Below are positions 22,789 to 34,847 of a stretch of 64,000 bases of DNA, in pieces. The position numbers were made by a program, and so were the translations under genes. The stretch is from Mantamonas sphyraenae STR306 (Eukaryota; Protista; CRuMs): positions 372,001-436,000 of the forward strand of contig JAPMXV010000051.1 in assembly GCA_026936335.1 (NCBI GenBank), in the 5' to 3' direction. Position 1 is the stretch's first letter. Each line of letters opens with the position of its first letter. Under the pieces are notes generated by a model. It had not been told where the DNA came from. It saw nothing but the letters and a program-made list of their open reading frames with translations, and did not search any database.

Positions 22789-25700
22789 ATGCCGGCCAAG
22801 GTCAAGCAGCGCAACAAAGCCAGCAACAAGCTGGCCTCGCGCTCCAGCAGACGCACAGCCGTGCGTCAGTCCCAGATGAAGGAGCGCAAGCGAGCCATCA
22901 ACGAGCAAAAGAGCAAGCGTCTCAACGCGGAGGCCAGCAACCAAGTGGCGGCCGAGCTGAACAAACCCGTCCAGCTCGAACCCTCGGGCGAGGACTTTTC
23001 CTTCTTTGCCAACTATGGCGGATTTGCGTCCTTCCTGGACACCCTCGACACACAGGCTCTGCAGCAGGAACACGAGTCTGCCCACAGGTACGCTGGGACC
23101 CGTCCACCTTGGCAAACATGCACCCGGCCAGGCCGTCCGTCCCGCGCCCCGCGCCCTACACCCATGCTCACCCCCGGTTCGTCCTTCCCCACCCGTCTCC
23201 ACAGTGGCACAAAGAAGCCCCCGCGTTCCGAGCGCTTTATTTATTCCAGCCAACGCAAGCGCCGCCGCGACGACGATTCCGACTCGGACGACGACTCGGA
23301 CGGCGACCTCCTCGTCGATGCGTCTTCATCAGACGACGACGATGACCTCAGTGACGACAACGACGATGTTCAACACGCCACACATCCCTCTGCAGAACAC
23401 AGCGACAGCGACAGCGTGTACGACAGCGAAGAAGAGCGCGGTCCGCAGCTGCTCGCCCGGGCTGAAGCCAAACCACGCTCTGTGCCCACCAAAGCCAAGC
23501 AGCGCGCCTCCAGACTGCCCGTGCAGACTCTGGATGGCGAATGGCGCAAGCAACAAGCGCCCACAAGCAGCACACGCGCAGCTGCTGCTGCCGAGCAGGA
23601 GGAGGACAACGTGGACGACGGCGACGATCATCAAGTTCAAGACGACGCCATGGACATTCAGCAGCAACATGACACGGAGGACAGCGCCTCGGTGGCTTCG
23701 GACACGTCGTCCCAAGCATCCAAGGATGCACGTGAGGAATACCTGGAGCAGCTGGCACGGCTGCCTGCACACAAACTGGAGCAGACGTTGAGGCAGCAGA
23801 GGCACGACACGCTGCAACGCAAGCGGGCACGCATTGCCGAGCTCAGCAAAACCATTTTGGTGAATCCAGAGAAGCATTTGGAGGAGTTGCAGGAGTTGCA
23901 GACGTTGTGTTTGGACGAGGACATGGCTGTGCGCAAGCTGGCCATCGTCTCCATCATGGCCGTGTACGCAGACATTGTGCCGGGCTACCGCATCCGCATG
24001 CTGTCGGAGCAGGAGCTGGAGGTCACTGTGAGCAAAGAGGTCAAACGTCTGCGTGACTACGAGTTTGGCCTCCTCAACCTGTACCAGAAGTACCTGCAGC
24101 TGCTCGACAAGCTGCTGGCCGCCCCGTCCAAGCTCAAGAAGCACCGGGCACGCATCGAAGCCACCAGTGGCAACTTTGACCTCATTCAGAAGCAGACACA
24201 CACGCTTGCCCTGCTGGCTGTACGATGCATGGGCGATCTGCTCAAACGTCTGCCCCACTTCAACTTCCGCAACAACCTCATTGCCGCCCTCATCCCTCGC
24301 ATGGACCACAACACCACAGAGCTGCCCTACACCGAAATCGTGTTTCCCGTCGTCCTCGACGCCGTCAAGAACGACCACAACGGCGAACTGAGCCTGGCGC
24401 TGGTCAAGTACATCGCCAACTTTGTCAAGCGCAAGAATTACAAGGTGCGCGTGGAGTTGGTGCAGCCCTTCCTCTCGCTCAACATCGACGACACCCTGGG
24501 CACCAAGATCGACAACCCGGCCATGAACCGCAAGAAGGACCGCAAGCTGCGTGGCCAGGCCAAGAAGGCCGCCGCACACGTCAGCAAGAAGCAGAAGCGT
24601 GCCCAGAAAGAGTGGCAAGAAGTCGAGGCCGCCCTCAAAGAGGCTCGCGCCGATTTGACGCTGGAGGAGAGGCAGAAGCAACAGACGGAGCTCCTGCGCA
24701 TGGTCTTTCTCACCTACTTCCGCGTCCTGAAAAAGGCACCCGATTCGCCCCTCATGCCCTCTGTGCTGGAGGGCCTGGCCAAGTACTCGCACATGATCAA
24801 TCTGGACTTTATGAACGATCTGCTGCAGGCTCTGAAGCAGCTTGTCGGCCGCCCCAACCAGCCCCTTGCCGACGTGCTCCACTGCGCCATCGCCGCCTTT
24901 CGCATCATGGCCAACAGTGGAGACACCCTCAACGTCGACCTCAAGGAGTTCTACGTGGCTCTGTACGGCCGCCTGATGGACCTGCCTGCCAACTGCGTCC
25001 AGAGTGAACATCACCTTCTGCTTGCCCTGCGCTGCCTCGAACTCATGCTCTCGCGCAAACACAACTCCCTCGACCGCATTGCTGGCTTTGTCAAACGCAT
25101 GTGCATTGTCAGCACTCAGCTGTCGCCCCACGCCGCCCTCTCCCTGCTCACCGTGGTCATTCAGCTCATGCGCCGCTACCCGCGCGTGCAGCAACTGTTG
25201 GACAGCGACTTTGTGGCCCTGGGTGTGTATCTGCCCGAGTTGGACGACGACGAGTATTGCAACCCGTTTGCCAGCAGTTTGTGGGAGCTGGCCTCACTGC
25301 AGAGTCATCACCATCCGCAAGTGGTGCACTTTGCCAAGGAGCTGGCCAGTCTGGCCCAGCCCAGTCACCAAGAACTGGCCAACAGCAGCAAGAGTGCGCA
25401 ACAGCAGGCTCAAATCAACGAAATGGTGCAGGGCGACGTCACGCGGCTCAAGGTGTGGACGGAGGCGCGCAAGCTGCCCACGCGTGTGTTTAAAGAGTAC
25501 GACAGCAGCACGGGAGGGTTCAACCCGCCCGTGCGTGAGCCCAAGAAGCACCCCTTTCTCAAGAAGCTCAGTGAGGAGGAGCTGGCCGACGACGAGCTGG
25601 ACGCATCCAAGCGCAGACACATCCGAGTGCGTCGCGCACGCACTCCGTGGAAACCACTGCGCGCCATGCTCATGGACACAGAGGAAATGGGCAGTGCAGT

Positions 25701-25980
25701 CACGTCGTCGGCAGAGCCCGAGTTGCAGTTGAGGCAGGTGGATTTGGACGATGCCGACGAGGAACGACGTCTCGACGCCGCCCTGCGCACCCAGTTTGTC
25801 ACCGAACGTCGGTTTGCCCTTGAGGAACAGCTGGAGTTGTTGGACACTGTGCAGGCCATGCATGCTCGCTTTGCCTCTGTCCGAGCCAAGCAGCGTGCTG
25901 CCAGGCAGGCATCAACGACGTCCACAACAGCCAAGGGCAAGGGCAAGGCAAAGGCAAGGGGAAAGGGCAAGAGAAGGTAA
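22789..25980 (+). CDS. NOC3: Nucleolar complex protein 3
   Basis: DIVPGYRIR, HFNFRNNL, VLEGLAKYSHMINLDF, RIAGFVKR, SLWELASLQSHHHPQV; probable 117-nt intron 23088-23204. Confidence 0.92.
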   Translation: MPAKVKQRNKASNKLASRSSRRTAVRQSQMKERKRAINEQKSKRLNAEASNQVAAELNKPVQLEPSGEDFSFFANYGGFASFLDTLDTQALQQEHESAHRYAGTRPPWQTCTRPGRPSRAPRPTPMLTPGSSFPTRLHSGTKKPPRSERFIYSSQRKRRRDDDSDSDDDSDGDLLVDASSSDDDDDLSDDNDDVQHATHPSAEHSDSDSVYDSEEERGPQLLARAEAKPRSVPTKAKQRASRLPVQTLDGEWRKQQAPTSSTRAAAAAEQEEDNVDDGDDHQVQDDAMDIQQQHDTEDSASVASDTSSQASKDAREEYLEQLARLPAHKLEQTLRQQRHDTLQRKRARIAELSKTILVNPEKHLEELQELQTLCLDEDMAVRKLAIVSIMAVYADIVPGYRIRMLSEQELEVTVSKEVKRLRDYEFGLLNLYQKYLQLLDKLLAAPSKLKKHRARIEATSGNFDLIQKQTHTLALLAVRCMGDLLKRLPHFNFRNNLIAALIPRMDHNTTELPYTEIVFPVVLDAVKNDHNGELSLALVKYIANFVKRKNYKVRVELVQPFLSLNIDDTLGTKIDNPAMNRKKDRKLRGQAKKAAAHVSKKQKRAQKEWQEVEAALKEARADLTLEERQKQQTELLRMVFLTYFRVLKKAPDSPLMPSVLEGLAKYSHMINLDFMNDLLQALKQLVGRPNQPLADVLHCAIAAFRIMANSGDTLNVDLKEFYVALYGRLMDLPANCVQSEHHLLLALRCLELMLSRKHNSLDRIAGFVKRMCIVSTQLSPHAALSLLTVVIQLMRRYPRVQQLLDSDFVALGVYLPELDDDEYCNPFASSLWELASLQSHHHPQVVHFAKELASLAQPSHQELANSSKSAQQQAQINEMVQGDVTRLKVWTEARKLPTRVFKEYDSSTGGFNPPVREPKKHPFLKKLSEEELADDELDASKRRHIRVRRARTPWKPLRAMLMDTEEMGSAVTSSAEPELQLRQVDLDDADEERRLDAALRTQFVTERRFALEEQLELLDTVQAMHARFASVRAKQRAARQASTTSTTAKGKGKAKARGKGKRR

Positions 25981-26007
25981 AAAAAGGACTTTCACTCTCG
26001 TTTCTTG

Positions 26008-26994
26008 TCACTGTGCTGCATTCACCGAGCCAATTTTGGCATAGGCTGGTCGGCTGCTGCCGCCACCGCGGAAGGAGGAGCCTGAGCGGAACGAACCGCT
26101 CTGCCAGCGATCACGGCCTGTGGCGCCGCTGGGCAGCACAAGGGTAAAGGTGACAATGACGAGGAGGGTGGGAACGACCTCGACGACAAGGTAAAAGGCC
26201 ATGTAGGCGGTGTAGTACTTGTCAAGTTCTCCCATGGCCGGGTTGTTCTGCGTGATGGCAACCTGCATCCACACCTCCATCTGGTTCTGCAGCGGGTTGA
26301 CGTCCAGCACAGAAAGGAAGCCCCACACGGCTCGGAGCATGAAAATGACAAAGTAGAGAAGGATGACGAGCTTGAACTGGAGCAGCCACGACTTGCGTGG
26401 ACCGCTTCGGTACACAAAGCCCGCAAGGACACGGTAGGTGCGGAAGCCGTAGATTCCCATCATGATGACAAGCAATCCAAACACAACCGAGCTGTACAAA
26501 GAGGTATGTGCGTCGTAGCGGCGCACGTCGGCCGTTTCCCAACGCGAGCACACAAGCACGTTGAGAGCCACCAGCAGAGAAAACAACAGGCTGAGCAGCA
26601 TGTAGTACGACGGGTACAGGCGACGGCTAATCAGATCCTCCTTGGCCAGCAGAATCATTTCACACTTGGCCAGGTAGAGAATGAGCAGGGAAAAGGTGAC
26701 GAATTGCAGGTACAAGGGAAGCAGCAGGTCCAGCAAGACCAGCCAAAAGTAGTCCCATTGGCCAAAGTCGATAAAGACGAGCAGGCAGCGCAGAGCCATG
26801 GTGGCAAACGCAAGGGCCAGAAAGTAGAAGCGGAAGGAGTTGAGACTCATCTGCAAGTACACAGTTCGACCCACCCCGACGAGACTGTACAGAGCCGTCA
26901 ACAAGTACAGCGTGGCCAGCACATACATCTGCCACGCCCCCGTTGCCTGTGCTGTCGGCAGGATCAACCTGGACAGGAACACGCTCAGGAGCAT
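26008..26994 (-). CDS. Seven-TM protein, THH1/TOM1/GPR137-like
   Basis: Seven hydrophobic segments with LPLYLQFVTFSLLILY and YLVVEVVPTLLV patterns. Confidence 0.65.
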   Translation of the reverse strand: MLLSVFLSRLILPTAQATGAWQMYVLATLYLLTALYSLVGVGRTVYLQMSLNSFRFYFLALAFATMALRCLLVFIDFGQWDYFWLVLLDLLLPLYLQFVTFSLLILYLAKCEMILLAKEDLISRRLYPSYYMLLSLLFSLLVALNVLVCSRWETADVRRYDAHTSLYSSVVFGLLVIMMGIYGFRTYRVLAGFVYRSGPRKSWLLQFKLVILLYFVIFMLRAVWGFLSVLDVNPLQNQMEVWMQVAITQNNPAMGELDKYYTAYMAFYLVVEVVPTLLVIVTFTLVLPSGATGRDRWQSGSFRSGSSFRGGGSSRPAYAKIGSVNAAQ

Positions 26995-27051
26995 CTCGGA
27001 ATGTGGAGAGGAGAAAGGGTTGTCGCCCCGTCGCAGGCAACCTCAATCTCC

Positions 27052-28352
27052 ATGTTCAGACGCAGCGCAGTGCTGTGCAGCCGATCGGGTGGGTCCAACA
27101 CACAGGAGCGGGTGGCGGCCATGTTGGAGTCGCCTCAGCTGGAGGGGAAGGCGGTGGAACACGGAGGCTTTGTCAATGCACTCGACGATCGCGCCCTGTT
27201 CCGCATCAAGGGCTCGGATGCGGCGCACGTGTTGCAAGGAATCACCACGAGAGACATGCGTGACCTGGGCAGTTCACAGAGGGCTGTGCACACGGCCTTT
27301 CTGTCGCTGCAGGGCAAGATCCAGCACGAGGCCTTTGTCATCCAGGTGGCCGACAACAACTATGTCATCGATTGCCACAAGCACTCCCAACAGTCGTTGC
27401 GCAAACACATTTCTCGCTATCTCATGCGCTCAGACGTGCAGGTGCTCGATCTCCAGAGTCCCGTGCGAGTTTTGTCCGTGGTGCCTCCTTCCAACTCGGC
27501 CGACTCTTGGACTGCCGCTGCCCTGAGCAAGCAACTGCACACTCATCACCCTGATTCCTTCCGTGGCGCTGTCGTCGCTGATCCTCGCCGTCCCGAGCTT
27601 GGCTTGCGAGTCCTGGCACCAGCGGACTTTCCGCTCGGTGAGTTTTTCTGCCAACCAGCCAGCACGCTGATCGGCGGCGTTGCTTTTTCCGTCTGTGCAT
27701 TGCCACTGACCCCAACCTCGCCCACTGCACATGCACACATGCAGATTCCTTCGACTCTCCCGAGTTGAAGGTGCATCAGGGAGATCCGGATCATCGCCAG
27801 CTTCGCTTCCTGTGTGGCGTGCCTCAGGACGAGGAGATCGCCTCACGCTACTTTGTGTTGGAGGCCAACTTTGACCTTGCTGCATCGGTCTCCTTTGACA
27901 AAGGCTGCTACATTGGACAGGAGCTCGTGTCACGTGTCTACCACACGGGTGTGGTGCGCAAACGAGCGGTGCCCCTGCTGTTGTGTCGTCCGGACGGCTC
28001 CCCTCTTGGTGGGCAGACCTCGCAGGTATTCCACGCCCGCGTGGCTGGCCTCATGCAAGATGAGGCACAGCACTGTGTGTTGGCCCAACTGGACGACGAT
28101 GATGAACATAATGCCAGCTTGCCCGCTCCAGAATCGGATCTGCTCGGTCCCGATGGCAAGGCGGTGGGCAAGTACATGGCCCAACAAGGGAATGTTGCAT
28201 TGGCCATGCTCCGTCTCCCGGCCCTCATTCGGGCCATGTACAAAAGCACTCCCGGACAGGGCGTCCTGCTGAGCACGAGCAATCCGGACATCTCTGCCCT
28301 TGTTCTCAACACCCCGTGGCTGCGCACAGCCTTGCAATCACTTGTGGAATAG
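27052..28352 (+). CDS. IBA57: Mitochondrial Fe-S assembly factor IBA57/CAF17 (YgfZ family), 2 exons
   Basis: Presequence-like MFRRSAVL, LQGITTRD, signature VSFDKGCYIGQELVSR; intron 27638-27744. Confidence 0.9.
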
Positions 28353-28391
28353 ACTGGACGACGAATCATGTGTATGCACGCGTTCATTTGC

Positions 28392-31292
28392 TCATTTCTT
28401 GCTGTCCAGCATGGCAAACTCGTCGTTGCTCGGGTTGTGCTTGAACAGGTACTCGGCCAGGTAATCGACCGGATCCTCAGGACGCACCTTGCACAGCTGG
28501 ATGAGTCCCTCGGAAAGCGTGGGCAGCACGTTTTCCACCAGGTACGAGCGCAGCGGCATCGACAGTGCCTCCAGCGCCTCGCGCTCTTGTTGCTCAATTT
28601 CTTGCAGACGCACCGTCACTTCCTCGTTGTGCTTGCGACGCTCTGCCTCTTCTTCCTGGTCACGTCGACGCAATTCCTGCTGCACCCGCTCCTCTTCCAT
28701 CTGTGCACGCTGCTGCTGACGTGCCTCGCGTGCTGCCACCTGAGCCGCGCTAGGGCCGTAGTTGTGCGGCTTGCCCACCACCTTGACGATGCTGTTCAGC
28801 ACCTCATCCTTGGCCAGTTCCTCTTCCAGGTCCAGCAGTGCATTCAGCGTCTCCTCCTGGCTCGGCGCCTGCTCCTCCTCACCGCTGCTGCTGCTGCTGC
28901 TGCTGCTCCCCGCCACTGCCACAGCATCCACCTTGGGTTTCAGGGGCACAAGGGGTTCAATGTTGATGCGCACCACCTGTGCCTCGGTCTCGTCCAGCAT
29001 CGTCACCACCGTGCGTTCGTTGCTGTCGTCGTTGCGCTTGCGGTACCCGCTCAGCGCCTGCTTAAACTCCTCCTCCGAGTAGTGGTCGCTCTCCACCTGC
29101 TCTTCGTTCAGTTCCATCACTCGCTCGCGCAGGAACTTGTCGCTAGCCTCCAGCACCACCACATAATCCGGCAGCAGCGTCGGGTCCAGCTCAGCATCCT
29201 CGTCCACCTCACCATTGAACGCCTCGGCCCCCTCCATGCTGTCCTCCTCGATCTTGCGGAACAGTTGCACTGCCTGTTCCACATTCAGCGGGAAGCCGTC
29301 CAGCACAAAGCCCTGGTTCTGGCATGGGTTCGACGCAATCTTTTCGCGCATCATAGACACCACATACGCCTCAGGGATGCTTTTCAGCTCTGGCAGCTTG
29401 CTCTTCTTTGCCTTGCGTGCCTGTGCACCTTCCTCTGCCTCTTCTTCCCCCTCCTTCGCTTCCTCTGCCTCCTCGCCAGACGCACTCCCGCTTTCGTCTC
29501 CGTTTTCCCGTCCCTCCTCGCCCTCTTCACCTCCGTCTGCCTCTGCGTCCTTGTTGTCTGCCTCATCTTCCTCATCTCCCTCCTCTTCTTCCTCTTCGGC
29601 GGCTTTCTCCGGCATGATAATCACATCGCCCTCGAGATCTTCCTCGTCGGAATCGACGTCTGCGTCACTCTCGTCCTCCTCCTCCTCCTCCTCTGCGGCG
29701 GCCTGTTCAGCCTCGATCTCGGCCAGCTCGGCAATCTCTTCGCGCACTTCCTGCAACAGCTCCGGGTTGTTCTGCAGCGCTTCGGTGACCACGTCCTGCA
29801 ACACAATGTGGTGCAGTTTGTACTTTTGTGCCAGACGCGACGCGTAGTAGCTCTTGCCAGACGCAGGCGGACCGTCCACAAGCACTTTGATGGGTGTCAA
29901 CTCGCGCTTCACGCGGTATTCTTGCACCACCTGGGCGATGTTCTCCACAAAGCCGTCCTCGCTGTGCCACTCGAATTCCACCTCCTCGCCCTCTTCGTTC
30001 ACCGTCAGCTCTCGCACAAAGCCAGCCTCGAGTTGCAAGTTGACCAAGAGCAGTTGGACGTCGTGTACGCTCATGCCGGGCAACAGGGCAGCTTCCTCTG
30101 CGCTGATGTGCCGCACCTTTCCCGTGCCCAGGCTATCTGCAATAGCCTGCATGATTTCAAGCTGTGTGTTGCGTCCTGCGTCTGTGGCCAGCACATACTT
30201 GGTTTTGGGCTGCTCCGTGAGCACCTTGAGCACCAGACGGGCCAGGTCTCGCACGTGGACAGTCGGCACAAAGTTTTCACCGTCGCCAATCACAGGCAGT
30301 GCGTCTGTGTTGCCTTCCCATGCGTCACGGAAGTACTGGTGCAGCAGCTGCTCCTGCTCGCCGTAAACAAGACCAGTGCCCACCACGTATGTGAGCAACG
30401 TCTCCGACCTCGCCTTGGCCACCAGCTTCTCCACGTCTTTCTGCGCCTGGTAGTCCGGGTGGGCCTTGCGTCGCTTGAATTCGTCCTCATGGATCACAGG
30501 GTCTTCCTCCTGCTCAGAGGTGTGAGTGTGTTGTGGGTGTGGAACCCGTGGGGCGTTTGCTGTGTCAGCGGTGGGCCGGTTCTGCGTTTTCGGCCCTCGT
30601 TTCACAGGCAAACTCCCTTCCCACCCACGCGTGCATGCCCCAGTGCCACCTTTGGCCCTGCCACGTGCGTCCTTGCCCCCAAAAGAGGGTCACTCCATGT
30701 ACCCACATGCGCCTCTCTGTGTCTCTGGGGACCGCAAACAACGGGTGCACAAGCAAGATGGAGGTGACCGTTGACTCGCCACCCCAGCGTTTTCCACTCA
30801 CCTCCTCGGCGTACGACATGGTGCGCTTCCAGCACAGCACGTCGCTCACACACACAAAGATCTTGTCTGTGTCGTCGTTCTCACGGTTCTGCAGCGTCTG
30901 CACTGCATACAGCGTGCCTTCAAGGTCGTCCATCACATTGAACACCACAATGTCCGCACGCAGCAGCTCTTCTGGCACTTCCTCCGGCTGTGTGTGGGGG
31001 GGTGGTGCGTATAGACCGCAATTTTCAAGCACATACGGGCACATGTGTGTCAGTGAGCGCCATTGCGGTTGGTTCATGCGCCTCTGTGCCATGTTGAGAG
31101 GCTCGTTTCCGACGGGTGCCGCGCGCAACGCACCTGGATCACCTGCTTCACGTGCTTGCTTGACCCCTGTTGGCTCTCCGGATCCAGCAGCGTGCCCACA
31201 ATCTCATACTCGGCCTCCTCGGCACCACTCAGAGTTTCGGCCAGCACCACATTGCTGAGTGTGTCAAGGTGATTGATAAACACGCGCGGCAT
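28392..31292 (-). CDS. AK7: Adenylate kinase 7 (axonemal) with C-terminal Dpy-30 motif, 3 exons
   Basis: MPRVFINHLDT, RRKAHPDY, PTVHVRDLA, P-loop GPPASGKS, CQNQGFVLDGFP, PLRSYL...RPEDPVDYLAEYLF. Confidence 0.92.
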
Positions 31293-31404
31293 GGCAACTT
31301 TCTTCTGGCCCCTCCTGCGCCCTGGGGCACACAACCCATCCATCCGCCACACCTGACGCACGCAACCAAGGAGTTTAGCGCCCGTCCTCCCATCCCATCC
31401 CATC

Positions 31405-32518
31405 ATGCAGGCAGAAGTGTTTTCACAGCTGGTCGCGGCCAAGGGAGCGCGTAGGACGTCCGACGAGGAGGGTGGCTCGGGCGACGAGTACGAGGTGGAG
31501 GGCACGGCACAGTTGTACAGGCTGGACTTTGAAGAATTGGACAAACCAGACGCAGGGCTGGCCCATCAGGGCAAGAATGTGACCACCTCGCGCATGAGCG
31601 AACGCAAGAAGCGCAACCTGGAACGAAATCTCAACCAGGGCGCTGGGTCAGACACATACGGCCGTTCCGACAACCCGCAACCCACACGAGAGGGCGGGTT
31701 GCAGGGACACACAGACCCACGCACTCGAGTCAGCTTTGATGTGCCCTCGCGCCAGCGCCGCGAGTCGTCTCGGCCCTTTGAATTTAACCGTTTGGGCCGA
31801 GGCGACGGCAACTTTATCATTCCTGGGCGCAACCACGAGGGCGGCATCCTGTTTGAGGACGAGGAGATCGAGTTGGCCTTCAACTACCTCGACTACGAGC
31901 GGGAAGGCATTCTCGACGTCGACATCATGAAAACGGGGCCCATGGACACTCTGCTCAAGAACAACGAACTGACGGAAGACGACTTTGCGTACCATTTTCT
32001 GAAACCCAAGGAGCCGTACATGACGTTGCCCGGTCTCAAAGCCCTCCTCAAGGACAATCTCCTCAATGACTTTGACCCTGTGGCCGAAGCATTCAAGGTG
32101 AGTGTGTGAAGAGGCTCTGCTTCTCGGTTGAGAGAGAGTCGGCCCCACTCCCAGCCACAACTGACGCCCAAATCCCCATTGTGCCGCGCAGCTGTACGAC
32201 CCTTTGGACACAGGATACATTGACGAAGATGTGCTGTGCTCCATCTTTCAGGATTTGGGCTTTGGGGAGCTGAGTGACGAGGATCTGCAGTTCCTGATCC
32301 GACTGGCAGGTGCAGAGGACGAAGGACGCATCAACATGACACATTTCCGCAACATGCTTGTACACAACACACTGTGTGTGCCCCCACTGGACCCAAAGGA
32401 ACAACAGAGCGAGCACAACGACGGCTGGGAGTCGGAAAGCCGGTCGTCGGCACGGAGCAGCAGCAGAAGGCGCAGCAGCAGCAGCAGAAGGCCCAGGCCA
32501 CCCTCGGATGCAAATTGA
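31405..32518 (+). CDS. EF-hand (calmodulin/centrin-like) protein, 2 exons
   Basis: IELAFNYLD, FDPVAEAFK|LYDPLDTGYID, GRINMTHFR; intron 32098-32191. Confidence 0.78.
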
Positions 32519-32590
32519 ACATACAACAAAGGTGTTTTGGGACAGGAATAGGAATTGTTTGGGGTCTTGTTGGATGGAGAGCTCTGCCGC

Positions 32591-34658
32591 TCACATTTCC
32601 TCGTCGTCCTTGAACAGGGTGCCGATGCGGCGTAGACGCTGCTGCAGCGAGTACAGCGAACGCTGCAGGGCAATGCGGTACTGTCGTTCGCGCGACAGCT
32701 GCTCTTGCAGGGCCAGCAAGTCGCGCATAGTCACGGGTGCGTCGAGGTCAACGTCGCCCACCGCAAGCTCGCTCACCACAGGGTTCTCTGCGGTGCGCTC
32801 ACCTGCAGCCAGATTGTCATACAGGGCATTCATACCCACCGACCCCTGCGACTCCAGCTCTTGCTTGACCAGAGTGGCGGGCGACGGAGGCGCCTCACCA
32901 AGCTCTCCCAGCTTGCTGGAGTACGTGTTCTTTGCGGAACCGGAGCCCGACGACGACGACGACGACGCCTTCTCGTCTTCCTCTTCGCCGTCGTCGTCTG
33001 TGGAGCTCAGCGCCTTGGCACGCTGCAGAATAGTGCTCAGCGGGGACATGTCCGACACCGACGCGCCAATCAGATCCTGCAGCGTAGGATCGGTCGACTC
33101 GCGCACCAGCTTCTCCGACACCATCAGCTCAATGTACGACTTTTGCGCAAACTCCTCGATGCCCAGCGCCTCAGCGGCTTTGCTCACGGTGCTGCGGTCC
33201 AGCGCCTTGATCTGAAGCCAGGTCTGGTTCAGCTCGGGAATCGTATCAAAGGAGAACATCAGCTCGTCGTCCTTGTAAATCTCGCTCTGGCGGCCCATGG
33301 TGGCGCCAATCTGGTATCCCAGGGCCATGAGGCCTCCCAACGTCTTGACCGACACCTCAAAATCCAGACGAGGCGAGATGATAAAGTCGCCGTCACGCAG
33401 CCACTCGCAGAAGTAGATGATGAACTTGCTGCCGCTCTGCCGAACACGAATCCAGTCCTTGCCCGAGTTGAGCGTAGTGGCGTTGGGCGGGTACAAGTAG
33501 ATGTCAAAGTATTTGTCGCTCTTGTATCGGAACGTACCTTTCTTCAGCAGCTGCTTGACCTCCTCTGGGTCCACCACCTGCTTCGTCTTGAGGATGAACA
33601 GCGGGTTGTGGAGCGATGACAGCGGGTCAAACGTGTTGGTGATCTTGAGATCTGCCAGGCGCAGGTCCGGCTCGATGAACGTTTTGTACATGGGAAACAC
33701 GGTGTCTGCCATCTGAGCAATGGCTTCCTTGGGCGTCTGACCCGTGCGTTGCACGTCACGCATGATGCGCTTGATGAGATCAAAGTGAACGCCGCCGACA
33801 ATGGACACCTGTGGGAGACGACGTGGCACGTGGGGGGACAACGTGTGAGCAAACACACACGGTCGCTGCTTACGCCGCACCAGGGACACACAATGCACCA
33901 TGGTTGCCAACAGGAACGGCATACACGCATTACACAGTGCCTTGTTGGATCACAGTGCACGTGCGGTCGCGTGGGACGGCATTGAGGGCAGGAGGAGCGG
34001 GTTTCTGGAAAAGTGGCCAAAAAGAACGGACCTTGAGATCGAGAAAGGGACGGACGATGGCGTGCAGGCAGTAGATGCCCTCCACAATCACAATGCCGTT
34101 GTTCACCTCCACGCGCTTGTAGTCAACGCGACGGCTTTTCTTGTAGCTGTAGACAGGCACATCGATTGCTTCGCCCTTTCGTGCCTCCTGCAAATGCTCA
34201 ACAAGCAGCTCCCAGTCAAAGTTGTTGGGGTCGTCAAAGTTCTCGTCGACCACCTTGGTGCCGTCAAAGTAGTTGTCCAGTCCAATGATGCTGTGCGTGG
34301 CAGACATGCGTGGGTCTGTGCGTCAGCAGCGTGCTCGCAACCACGTGACGGTGGCCTCTCATCCTCACCACCTCAACCACCCACTTACGCGCAGTCCACC
34401 ACACTCTGGATCTTGCTTGCCATGCTCGACTTGCCTACAAGATACGGAGCCGCATTTGCAGCAGCAATGTGCCAAGCACGGGGTTAGGGTCAGTCGCATG
34501 TCCACGCAAGGAAGACACAAACGCGCAAGGGCGAGCCGCAATGATCACGTACCCGAACCAGATGGCCCTGCAATGCCCACCACCACCACAGGCTGGTTCA
34601 ACTGCTCTCGCAGCACCTGGATAGCCCGCACAGCCACAAAGAAGCCCTTGTCGAAGCT

Positions 34659-34689
<31 letters not shown>

Positions 34690-34838
34690 ACACACGCGCA
34701 AGCGGTTCGTTGTTAGCATCGCACTCGCTCGACAAGACATCCAGCGCACACACTGCGAAAACCACATACAAAGTTATTTTCACTAAGTTTCAGGCTCTTG
34801 GTTTCCGTGTCAAAGTCAATCTGGACGTTGGATGACAT
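32591..34838 (-). CDS. Uridine kinase-like plus CYTH domain protein (plant TTM1/2 and Dictyostelium UdkC type), 5 exons
   Basis: SFDKGFFVAVRAIQ, GIAGPSGSGKS, GGVHFDLIKR, VFPMYKTFIEPDL, FIISPRLDFEVSVKTLGGLMALGY; all introns join in frame. Confidence 0.88.
34662..34689. repeat. Intronic (CA)n microsatellite; (TG)n also near 15042-15060 and 61599-61623
   Basis: Read directly. Confidence 0.9.
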
Positions 34839-34847
34839 GTCTGCAGT

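Noticed and set aside
23088-23204. Stop-free introns of 3n length (NOC3, OSGEPL1, DMC1 intron 4, WDR90 introns 1-2)
   Set aside because: Short GC-rich introns often lack stops; no excess can be shown without counts.
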